Shown: piece by piece, positions 1 through 8,487 of the stretch
Layout: each line of letters starts with the position of its first letter
Position numbering within the stretch: the stretch's first letter is position 1
Source: an uncultured Candidatus Saccharibacteria bacterium
Lineage (GTDB): Bacteria > Patescibacteriota > Minisyncoccia > Phycocordibacterales > UBA918
DNA: 64,000 nt
Assembly: GCA_964643955.1 (NCBI GenBank)
Contig: CAZXUO010000005.1
Span: forward strand, 95-64,094
Direction: 5' to 3'
The notes under the pieces: generated by a model
The model's database searches: none
Seen by the model: the letters and a program-made list of their open reading frames with translations, nothing else
What the model was told of the DNA's origin: nothing
Translations under genes and position numbers: made by a program

Positions 1-7
1 TCCCGTC

Positions 8-1645
8 GTGCGGCAGCTCCTCTATGTACGCGGCGTGACGACAAAGGACGCTGCGCGCACCTTTGTGTCTCCGCAGTATGACGAGCTCCATGACCCATTT
101 CTATTGACGGACATGGAGCGTTCGGTCGAGCGCATTTTGTGCGCGCTTGCTGCACAGGAGCGTATCGTCATCTACAGCGACTATGATTGCGATGGCATTC
201 CGGGCGGCGTATTGCTGCATGATTTCTTCTCGAGTGTCGGCGCCAATTTCAAGAACTACATTCCACATCGCCACCACGAAGGGTACGGTCTCAATGTCGA
301 AGCGATCGAGAAGCTCGCTGAAGAAGGTGCGCAGCTTATCATTACGGTTGATTGTGGCATTACGGACGTAGCGCCTGCGGCGCGTGCACGAGAGCTTGGT
401 GTCGATCTCATCATCACGGATCATCACGAGGTCGGCATCGAACTTCCTGACGCATACGCAATTCTTAATCCAAAGCGAGATGATGCGTATCCTTTTAAAG
501 GCCTTTGTGGATCGGGCGTTGCGTGGAAGCTTGTACAGGCGCTTATTGCGCGCGGTGGTTTTGGATTGAAGGCAGGGTGGGAGAAGTGGTGGCTTGATGT
601 GGTCGGTATTGCAACGATTGCGGATATGGTGCCGCTCGTCGGGGAAAATAGGACACTCGCGCACTACGGACTCCAGGTGCTTCGCAAGACGCGCAGGCCC
701 GGACTCCAGCATCTCTTTCGCGCGATGCGGATGAAGCAAGAGTACATCACTGAAGATGATATTGGTTTTATGATCGGCCCGCGCATCAATGCGGCGTCGC
801 GCATGGATACGCCCGAAGATGCTTTTCATATGCTCGCGACGCGTGACGAGGAGGCTGCAGGTGGTCACGCGCGCCATCTCGAAAAGCTCAACAACGAACG
901 CAAAGGCGTCGTCGCGTCGATGGTAAAAGATATCAAGAAGCGTATGGACAACGTGATTGAGGTGCCGCCAGTGATTGTCATGGGGAATCCAGAGTGGCGA
1001 CCAGCGCTCGTAGGGCTTGCGGCAAATACACTTGTCGAGACCTTCAACCGGCCCGTGTTTCTCTGGGGTCGCGATGGCCGCGAGATTATCAAGGGCTCAT
1101 GCCGTTCAGATGGCTCAGTGAGCGTTGTCTCACTGATGCACGAAGTGAAGGAGGTGTTTATTGAGTATGGAGGCCACCATGCTTCGGGCGGTTTTTCGGT
1201 ACAGCAGCCAGCGATACATACGTTTGAGACGCGGCTCAATGAAGCATATGTCGCCGTACAAGATCGTGATCCTATCGCAAAAGAGCTCACGATCGACGCG
1301 GTGCTCAGTATGGAAGATATCTCAGCGCGGTTTGTGCGCGAGGTGAGCCAGCTCGCGCCTTTTGGCGAGGCGAATGCAAAACCACTCTTTGCATTTCGTC
1401 AGGTTGCTCCCACGCGTGTTGAACAGTTTGGAAAAGCGCGCGACCATACCAAGGTGCACTTTGAAACGTCGCAGGGCACGGTCGAAGCGATTGCGTTTTT
1501 TGCTGAGCCGGATACATTTTCAACTCCGCTTGTTGCGGGAGAAGCACGAACGATCATTGCGCACGCCGAGCAGTCGTTCTTTATGAATCGCATGACTACG
1601 CGCCTACGAATTGTCGACGTACTCCCCGCTGATGCGGAATTGTGA
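8..1645 (+). CDS. recJ: ssDNA-specific exonuclease RecJ (DHH family); 5' end probably outside the window
   Basis: Motifs YSDYDCDG, ITVDCG, ITDHH, GPRINAASR and GGH. The frame is open to the window edge. Confidence 0.95.
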   Translation: MRQLLYVRGVTTKDAARTFVSPQYDELHDPFLLTDMERSVERILCALAAQERIVIYSDYDCDGIPGGVLLHDFFSSVGANFKNYIPHRHHEGYGLNVEAIEKLAEEGAQLIITVDCGITDVAPAARARELGVDLIITDHHEVGIELPDAYAILNPKRDDAYPFKGLCGSGVAWKLVQALIARGGFGLKAGWEKWWLDVVGIATIADMVPLVGENRTLAHYGLQVLRKTRRPGLQHLFRAMRMKQEYITEDDIGFMIGPRINAASRMDTPEDAFHMLATRDEEAAGGHARHLEKLNNERKGVVASMVKDIKKRMDNVIEVPPVIVMGNPEWRPALVGLAANTLVETFNRPVFLWGRDGREIIKGSCRSDGSVSVVSLMHEVKEVFIEYGGHHASGGFSVQQPAIHTFETRLNEAYVAVQDRDPIAKELTIDAVLSMEDISARFVREVSQLAPFGEANAKPLFAFRQVAPTRVEQFGKARDHTKVHFETSQGTVEAIAFFAEPDTFSTPLVAGEARTIIAHAEQSFFMNRMTTRLRIVDVLPADAEL

Positions 1646-1657
1646 TAGTGTAACGGC

Positions 1658-2089
1658 ATGAAAGACACTCCCGACGTCATTTGTTATACCGATGGTGGAG
1701 CGCGTGGTAACCCGGGGCCAGCGGGCGCGGGTGCGTACATCACGAAAGGGAATGGAGACGTCATCGACGAGGTCTCGCTTTTTTTGGGGAATGGCACCAA
1801 CAACTACGCTGAATACGCAGCGGTCATTCTCGCGCTCCATACTGTGAAGAAACATTTTGGTGCAAAGACAAAGACGCTCCACGTAGAGATTCGCATGGAT
1901 AGTGAACTCATCCAGCGACAGCTCTCATACAAGTATCAAATAAAGGAGCCATCATTGGTTCCGCAATTTCTTGAGATACACAACATGCGGGTAAAAGATT
2001 TTCCGCACATTTCGTTTGTGCACGTACGTCGCGAACAAAACAAAGACGCAGATCGGCTCGCAAACGAAGCGATGGACCGCAAGTCGTAG
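1658..2089 (+). CDS. rnhA: Ribonuclease HI
   Basis: Motifs YTDGGARGNPGPAG, TNNYAEY, DSEL and HVRREQNKDADRLAN. Confidence 0.93.
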   Translation: MKDTPDVICYTDGGARGNPGPAGAGAYITKGNGDVIDEVSLFLGNGTNNYAEYAAVILALHTVKKHFGAKTKTLHVEIRMDSELIQRQLSYKYQIKEPSLVPQFLEIHNMRVKDFPHISFVHVRREQNKDADRLANEAMDRKS

Positions 2090-2092
2090 ACT

Positions 2093-3613
2093 ATGCCGAC
2101 GCGCGCACTCTACATCATTGCGCTCGCGTTCAGTACAGGGATTTTCATTCGCACATTCGTTATCATCCCTGAGTTTTTTGTGTACGGGCTTGTACTTGTC
2201 GGGGGAGTACTGATGGTCGTCTGGTTGCGGAAAGGAAAAGGGCGCGAGACTTCGTCTCGCGCCCTTTTCCTTTCACTTACACTCATCACACTCGCGTTCG
2301 GAATCCTTCGATACGACATCTCGACACGCAATGACTTTAATCCGCGCGTTGAGCAGTACCTTGATGAAGAGATTGTGCTCGAAGGAGTCATTATTCGCGA
2401 AGTCGATGAGCGCGAAAATACATCCCAGCTCACCGTCCGCGCCGATGTGCTCGACGGAGCATCGAGCGAAGTGCGTGTACTCGTACTCACGGAGCGCTTT
2501 CCCGAGTTTAGATACGGTGATCGGATTCGTGTAGTAGGGACACTCGAACATCCTGATTCATTTGAGACAGACCTTGATCGCACCTTTGATTACGCGGGGT
2601 ATCTTTCTGCGCGCGGTATCGCGTACATCATGCCATTTGCGACGGTCGAAAGAATAGGACAGGGAAATGGAAATCCGGTGATGGCGGCACTCCTTTCGGT
2701 GAAGTATGCATTCATGGAAAATATTGAAATATCGATACCTGAGCCGTACGCAGGGCTCGCACACGGTCTCGTACTCGGCGTGAAGCGCGCGCTCGGCGAA
2801 GATCTCGAGCGCGCATTTCGTACTGCAGGCATCATTCATATCGTAGTGCTCTCAGGGTACAACATCACGATTGTGGTCGAAGCGACCATGCGCCTCCTTT
2901 CATATTTCTTTCGACCGCGCACGCGCGTTATCTTCGGTGCACTCGCTATCGTCGCATTTGCGCTCATTGCAGGATTTTCTTCTACCGTCATACGCGCGTC
3001 ATTCATGGCTGTGCTCGTACTTGTCGCGCGCGCCACAGGGCGCACGTATGAAGTACTTCGCGCGCTCATGCTTGCGGGTCTTGTGATGCTCATCATCAAT
3101 CCAAAGCTCCTCGTCTTCGATCCCGGGTTTCAGCTCTCATTTCTTGCGACGCTCGGCCTCATTTTGCTTGCGCCACTGATTGAGGAGCGTCTCTCGCTCG
3201 TGCCGACACGCTTTCAGATTAGAGAGTTCATCACTGCGACTGTCGCAACACAGATTTTTGTATTGCCACTCCTTTTGTATTCCATCGGAGAATTCTCACT
3301 CGTCGCAGTATTGGTGAATGTTCTTGTGCTACCAGTCGTGCCGTTTGCGATGCTGCTCATCTTTCTTTCGGGCATGATTGGGTTTGTGAGCACGACGCTC
3401 GCAGTTCCATTTGCATATTTTGCATACTTACTCCTTGGGTACATCATCGCGATGGCGGAGTGGTTTGCATCGCTCCCATTCGCGGCGCTCATCGTACCGG
3501 CGTTTCCATTTTGGATAACAATAATCGCGTATGCCGTGATGGCATACGCGATGTATCGTTTTTCAAAAACAAAAATTAGTTCTGAAATCGCTTCTCAACT
3601 ACGCTCCAATTGA
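2093..3613 (+). CDS. comEC: ComEC/Rec2 competence channel (OB-like and transmembrane Competence domains, no MBL domain)
   Basis: GIIHIVVLSGYN, RASFM, NP..DPGFQLSFLAT and many transmembrane segments. Confidence 0.9.
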   Translation: MPTRALYIIALAFSTGIFIRTFVIIPEFFVYGLVLVGGVLMVVWLRKGKGRETSSRALFLSLTLITLAFGILRYDISTRNDFNPRVEQYLDEEIVLEGVIIREVDERENTSQLTVRADVLDGASSEVRVLVLTERFPEFRYGDRIRVVGTLEHPDSFETDLDRTFDYAGYLSARGIAYIMPFATVERIGQGNGNPVMAALLSVKYAFMENIEISIPEPYAGLAHGLVLGVKRALGEDLERAFRTAGIIHIVVLSGYNITIVVEATMRLLSYFFRPRTRVIFGALAIVAFALIAGFSSTVIRASFMAVLVLVARATGRTYEVLRALMLAGLVMLIINPKLLVFDPGFQLSFLATLGLILLAPLIEERLSLVPTRFQIREFITATVATQIFVLPLLLYSIGEFSLVAVLVNVLVLPVVPFAMLLIFLSGMIGFVSTTLAVPFAYFAYLLLGYIIAMAEWFASLPFAALIVPAFPFWITIIAYAVMAYAMYRFSKTKISSEIASQLRSN

Positions 3614-4166
3614 GATTTTTAAAGAAGCTCTCGATGTAGTTTTTCTTTTCGCTTGGAAGGTAGTCCACCATAAATGCGTGTTCCCACATGTCGAGTGCGA
3701 GGATGATGGGGAGGCCTGAGAGCTGTCCGAGCTCATGATCGGCAACCCATGCGGTGTGGAGTGTCTTTCCTTCAGGATCGTGATAGAGGACCGTCCAGCC
3801 GATGCCGCGTGTCATCGCGACTGATTTAAGGTGTGCGATGAAGTTCTCCCATGAACCATATTTCTCGACTGCGGCAGCTGCGAGTGCACTTCCTTCATCA
3901 GCGGCGCGTGCGCCACCTTCAAATTGCGAGAAATAGTACTCGTGCATCCGCATGCCATCAAATTCAAATCCGAGACGGCGGCGCACCTCCATGATCGCGT
4001 ACGCATATTTTTCCTTATCGAGCGTCTCAAGCTCTTTGATCTGTTCACGAAGTACATTCGTGTGCTTTACATAGCCTTCGTAGAGAGCGAGGTGTGCTGC
4101 GATTTGCTCCTTTGAGATTCCCTCAAGCTCAGGCAACTCAAACGTCCGCGCGGTATAGGTGTGCAT
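3576..4166 (-). CDS. Fe/Mn superoxide dismutase
   Basis: HLALYEGYV, HEYYF and LDMWEHAFMVDY signature. Confidence 0.9.
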   Translation of the reverse strand: MHTYTARTFELPELEGISKEQIAAHLALYEGYVKHTNVLREQIKELETLDKEKYAYAIMEVRRRLGFEFDGMRMHEYYFSQFEGGARAADEGSALAAAAVEKYGSWENFIAHLKSVAMTRGIGWTVLYHDPEGKTLHTAWVADHELGQLSGLPIILALDMWEHAFMVDYLPSEKKNYIESFFKNLNWSVVEKRFQN

Positions 4167-4293
4167 ATATTAAATCTTAAAGAAAATAATGTACGCGCAT
4201 TCTAGCATACTGTGTATTTACGTAGGTACTTGCAGAAAAATTGGTGCGTGGGAGGATGGGGAAAGACGTACACTTCAAATCCAGAAGGGGGAA

Positions 4294-5148
4294 ATGATGG
4301 CAAATACAGTAACGAACGAGGATCCATGGTGGAGTGATATCCATTATGGGTGGGTGTCATGGTTTGCATGCGTGCACACCATCGGTATCATCGGCGTGTG
4401 GTATACGTTCGCGCACGCCAGTGTCGCAACGATCTTCTTTGCGATCGCGTACTTCTTTCTCTGTCACCTCGCGATTGCGTGTGGGGCGCATCGGTTGTAT
4501 TCACATCGTGCGTACCATGCGACAGCGCCGCTTCAGTATGTGCTCCTCCTCTTTTTTTCCGGCACCATGCAGGGGCCGGTGATCTGGTGGGTGGGGAAGC
4601 ACCGCAAGCACCACCGATTCACGGATAGCGTGAATGATCCGCATAGTCCGTGCGCGCATACCTTTTTCTTCGGACACATGGGGTGGATGTGCACGAAGGC
4701 AGGTATCGAGAAGGTCGAAGACTCGTACATGCGTATCGGCAAAGCAGAGATGCGGCCGGTATTGTGGCAGTATCGCCACTATTGGGTCCTGGCGGTCGCG
4801 ATGGGGCTCGTCGTTCCCTCGGTGGTGCCGATCTTCTGGGGCGACATACTCGGCGGCGTACTTGTCGCCGGGTTTGCGCGACTCATGGCGCAATACCATC
4901 TCACGTGGGTGGTCAACTCACTCGGGCACACGTGGGGCGCACGAGTGGAAGGCGGCGGCACGGCGACCAACGTTCCGCTGCTAGGTCTTGTCACGGTCGG
5001 TGAGTCGTATCACGCAAACCATCATGCTGACGAGATTGATTGGCGGCTCGGTCGTCGCTGGTACGATCTCGATCCGGGGAAGTGGGTGATCGCGTTCTTC
5101 ATGTGGGTCGGCCTTGCTACCCCGCGACAACGTGGAAGCAATACATAG
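4294..5148 (+). CDS. Delta-9 acyl-CoA/acyl-lipid fatty acid desaturase
   Basis: Three His boxes (HRLYSH, HRKHH, HANHH), DPHSP and DLDPGKW. SD-like AAGGGGG precedes ATG 4294. Confidence 0.9.
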   Translation: MMANTVTNEDPWWSDIHYGWVSWFACVHTIGIIGVWYTFAHASVATIFFAIAYFFLCHLAIACGAHRLYSHRAYHATAPLQYVLLLFFSGTMQGPVIWWVGKHRKHHRFTDSVNDPHSPCAHTFFFGHMGWMCTKAGIEKVEDSYMRIGKAEMRPVLWQYRHYWVLAVAMGLVVPSVVPIFWGDILGGVLVAGFARLMAQYHLTWVVNSLGHTWGARVEGGGTATNVPLLGLVTVGESYHANHHADEIDWRLGRRWYDLDPGKWVIAFFMWVGLATPRQRGSNT

Positions 5149-5232
5149 CAGGGGAGACTAGGGCGGGCTTTCGAGCCCGCCTCTTTTTTATGTTGCCCGC
5201 GCGCCGTAGGCGCGCGGGCATATACTTACTGT

Positions 5233-6114
5233 ATGGAGCCTCGCGAGAAAGTAGTACGCATCCGACTCATACTTTTTCTTGTGCTCGTGTGCGGAGTGAT
5301 TGGTGTGTATGTATTTATGTGGGGAAGTGGCGGCGCGGCCATAAATGACCGCGCCGACAAACTCTCGGTGACTTTTCTCGATGTCGGCCAAGGCGATGCT
5401 ATTTTTATCGAATCACCAACCGGCGTACAGGTGCTCATCGACGGTGGACCAAATGCATCGGTGCTCCGCGCACTCTCGGAAGAGATGGGATTTTTTGATC
5501 GTTCGATTGATATTGTGATTGCAACACACGCAGACAAAGATCATATCGGCGGACTCATTGATGTGCTCGCGCGGTACGACGTCTCAGAGATTGTGATGAC
5601 GGAGAATAGGAGTGCGACCAATGCCGATAATGCATTTATTGAATATGTAGAACGTGAGGGTGCTGAAGTGGTGATTGCTCGGCGCGGACTTGCGTATGAG
5701 CTCGGCGATGGCGCGCTCCTCACGGTGCTTTTTCCCGACCGTGACCCGTCATTTCTCGAAACCAACACCGCATCGATCGTCGCGCGCCTCACCTACGGCA
5801 CCTCCGAATTTCTTTTCACGGGTGATTCACCGATTGCGATTGAAGAACATCTCGTCGCATCCGGCATCATGCTCGAGAGCGATGTACTGAAGGTTGGGCA
5901 TCATGGCTCGCGTACCTCAACAAGTGAACATTTCATCCAGTCAGTCCGTCCGCAATACGCAATCATCTCCGCAGGGAAGGACAACAGCTACGGCCACCCA
6001 CACCGCGAGGTGATGAATACACTCGAGCGTGCTGGCGTTATTTTAAAAAATACTGCCGAGGAAGGCAGTATCACGTTTACGTCAGATGGGACAACGGTTC
6101 ATCTTGAAGATTGA
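5233..6114 (+). CDS. ComEC-type metallo-beta-lactamase-fold nuclease domain with N-terminal TM anchor
   Basis: FLDVGQGDA, THADKDHIGG, LKVGHHGSRTS and NSYGHP. Confidence 0.9.
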   Translation: MEPREKVVRIRLILFLVLVCGVIGVYVFMWGSGGAAINDRADKLSVTFLDVGQGDAIFIESPTGVQVLIDGGPNASVLRALSEEMGFFDRSIDIVIATHADKDHIGGLIDVLARYDVSEIVMTENRSATNADNAFIEYVEREGAEVVIARRGLAYELGDGALLTVLFPDRDPSFLETNTASIVARLTYGTSEFLFTGDSPIAIEEHLVASGIMLESDVLKVGHHGSRTSTSEHFIQSVRPQYAIISAGKDNSYGHPHREVMNTLERAGVILKNTAEEGSITFTSDGTTVHLED

Positions 6115-6176
6115 GTTGCGCCATTTAGGTATGTTTGCTTGAATGCTCAGCAGAACTTGTAAAGAAAGGGTGTGTC

Positions 6177-6359
6177 ATGGCAAAAGACGATGGTCTCACT
6201 GCGAGACAGCAAACCTCCGCACCTGTCTGCGGAGGGCTGCTCCGCAGGGACACTAACGATCTCGGCGAAACACGTCTCGAGTACACCGGTCCGGATTTCA
6301 GGCTCGCACGCGCAATCGCCGACGGCTACATCCTGCTCCACGGCTTTGCCTCGAGGTGA
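6177..6359 (+). CDS. Small hypothetical protein (60 aa)
   Basis: SD-like AAAGGG before ATG 6177 and a GC hairpin downstream (~6371-6402). Confidence 0.45.
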   Translation: MAKDDGLTARQQTSAPVCGGLLRRDTNDLGETRLEYTGPDFRLARAIADGYILLHGFASR

Positions 6360-6447
6360 ATCCTTTCATGTTTCGTCGGCGCACTTCGGTGCGCCGACGA
6401 AAAACCCGCCAACACTGGCGGGTTTTTTCTATTTCCATTCTTCCTCC

Positions 6448-6690
6448 TTAGATAACCTTCGCTTCTTTGAGTGTCTTGTATGCGCCGTTCTTTGCGATAG
6501 TGCGAATGGCCTTTGTTGAAAGGGTGACGATCACGGTCTTGCCGAGCTCCGGTACGAAGATGCGCTTCTTCTGGAGGTTTGCCTGGCGGCGTACTTTTCC
6601 GCACGGGTTAAACTGCGTCGCACGTGTGCGGTTTGAGTAGCGACCCCCAATCTGGGTCTTCTTTCCGGTTACTTCACATTGCTTTGCCAT
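6448..6690 (-). CDS. rpmB: 50S ribosomal protein L28
   Basis: MAKQCEVTGKK...ANLQKKRIFVPE...LSTKAIRTI. Confidence 0.92.
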   Translation of the reverse strand: MAKQCEVTGKKTQIGGRYSNRTRATQFNPCGKVRRQANLQKKRIFVPELGKTVIVTLSTKAIRTIAKNGAYKTLKEAKVI

Positions 6691-6782
6691 ACGTTGTAGT
6701 GGGGCCATAGTACCATACTGTTTATATATCGCAAGACGGCTGCACTAGGGCTTTTTCTCATCTTTTAGTACCATACTTATAT

Positions 6783-7427
6783 ATGGAACTCGGATTCATC
6801 TTCATCATCGCCGCACTCATTATCTCTATCGTCATCCATGAGGCTTCACACGGCTATATGGCCAATTGGCTCGGCGATCCGACGGCGCGCCTCGCGGGAC
6901 GGCTTACGCTCAATCCCATCCCGCACATCGATCCTTTGGGCTCAGTCATCATCCCCGGCCTTTTGTACCTCACGGGCGCCGGTATCCTCTTCGGCTACGC
7001 AAAGCCGGTTCCGTACAATCCGTACAACCTCCGCAATCAGCGATGGGGCGAGGCGCTCGTTGCGGCCGCAGGTCCCGGGGTCAATATCCTGATCGCGGTC
7101 GTCTTCGGGCTCATCGTCCGCTTCGGCGATCTCTTTACGCTCGACGCCGCCTTTCTTTTTATCGCAGGATACATTGTCTATATCAATATCCTCCTGGCCT
7201 GCTTCAACCTCATCCCTGTGCCGCCACTCGATGGTTCAAAGATCCTCGCTGCCTTCTTGCCGCTCCGCGCGCGGATGCGTTTTGAGGAGATCGGCCGTCA
7301 GATCGAGCAGTACGGTCTCATTGCCACCGTCGTCTTTATCTTCATCTTTATTAATTTCCTCTGGGCGCCCTTTAGTCAGGTGGTCAACGGGGTGTTCATG
7401 CTCCTTACGGGCACGAGCTTCTTCTAG
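6783..7427 (+). CDS. Site-2 protease (M50 family)
   Basis: HEASH, AGPGVN and FNLIPVPPLDG. Confidence 0.93.
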   Translation: MELGFIFIIAALIISIVIHEASHGYMANWLGDPTARLAGRLTLNPIPHIDPLGSVIIPGLLYLTGAGILFGYAKPVPYNPYNLRNQRWGEALVAAAGPGVNILIAVVFGLIVRFGDLFTLDAAFLFIAGYIVYINILLACFNLIPVPPLDGSKILAAFLPLRARMRFEEIGRQIEQYGLIATVVFIFIFINFLWAPFSQVVNGVFMLLTGTSFF

Positions 7428-7536
7428 AATGAGCCCCACGCGCCGCCTCCGCTTGCAAATCTTGGCGGGAAATAGTACAGTAGCCACACCGTAATTGCGC
7501 GGTTTTTCTTTTGGGCGAAGGCCCGAAATACCACAC

Positions 7537-7947
7537 ATGGCAACCATCAACCAACTCACGAAGAAGCGACGCCGAAATCCCGTCTCAAAGACGAAGACCG
7601 GTGCGCTTTCGTCGGGTCTCAACTCGGTTAAGAATCGCGCAAATTATTACAACTCTCCCTTCAAGCGCGGCGTCTGCACACGCGTAACGACAAAGACTCC
7701 CCGCAAGCCAAACTCAGCTATTCGAAAGATCGCCCGCGTGCGCCTTTCAAATGGTCAGGAAATCACCGCGTACATCCCGGGTGAGGGACACACACTCCAG
7801 GAGCACTCAGTGGTGCTCGTTCGCGGCGGTAAGGTGAAGGACATCGGCGTACAGTACACGGTGGTGCGTGGTAAGTACGACGCAACGGCAGTCGACAAGC
7901 GTACTCGTGGCCGCTCACGCTTTGGTGTTAAGAAGCCAAAGAAGTAG
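7537..7947 (+). CDS. rpsL: 30S ribosomal protein S12
   Basis: [25 protein letters not shown] and YIPGEGH. Confidence 0.98.
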   Translation: MATINQLTKKRRRNPVSKTKTGALSSGLNSVKNRANYYNSPFKRGVCTRVTTKTPRKPNSAIRKIARVRLSNGQEITAYIPGEGHTLQEHSVVLVRGGKVKDIGVQYTVVRGKYDATAVDKRTRGRSRFGVKKPKK

Positions 7948-7961
7948 TTTGAATATATTTT

Positions 7962-8435
7962 ATGCGACGACCTATTAAACGACGACCAGCGATCGAAGCA
8001 GAAGCACGCTTCAATTCTGTGCAGGCAGCTCGCCTCATCAACTATGTGATGGAACGCGGACAGAAGGAGACTGCGCGCAAGATCGTGTATGGTGCTTTTG
8101 AAGAAATTAAGAACGCAAAGGAAGGTGGTGGCGATCCGATCGAGCTCCTCGAGACCGCGATCCGCAACGCCGGTCCGCAGATGGAAGTTCGCTCACGTCG
8201 CGTCGGTGGTGCCAACTATCAGGTTCCCCGCGAAGTACGTCCCGAGCGCCGTCTCGCACTCGCACTCCGCTGGATCATCATGGCGGCCCGCGCACAGAAG
8301 GGCATCCCGATGTCAAAAGCGCTCGCAGCCGAACTCATGGCCGCAGCGCGAGAGGAAGGATCAGCGGTGAAGAAGAAGGAAGACACGCACCGCATGGCAG
8401 AAGCCAACCGTGCATTCGCACACTTTGCTTGGTAA
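7962..8435 (+). CDS. rpsG: 30S ribosomal protein S7
   Basis: RRVGGANYQVP and HRMAEANRAFAHF. Confidence 0.98.
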   Translation: MRRPIKRRPAIEAEARFNSVQAARLINYVMERGQKETARKIVYGAFEEIKNAKEGGGDPIELLETAIRNAGPQMEVRSRRVGGANYQVPREVRPERRLALALRWIIMAARAQKGIPMSKALAAELMAAAREEGSAVKKKEDTHRMAEANRAFAHFAW

Positions 8436-8471
8436 CAAAAAGCGCTCCCTTTAGGGAGCGCTTTTTGTTAC
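8432..8471. terminator. Bidirectional intrinsic terminator after rpsG
   Basis: GTAACAAAAAGCGCTCCCT-TT-AGGGAGCGCTTTTTGTTAC inverted repeat. Confidence 0.85.
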
Positions 8472-8487
8472 TCCGTAAAACATTTTT

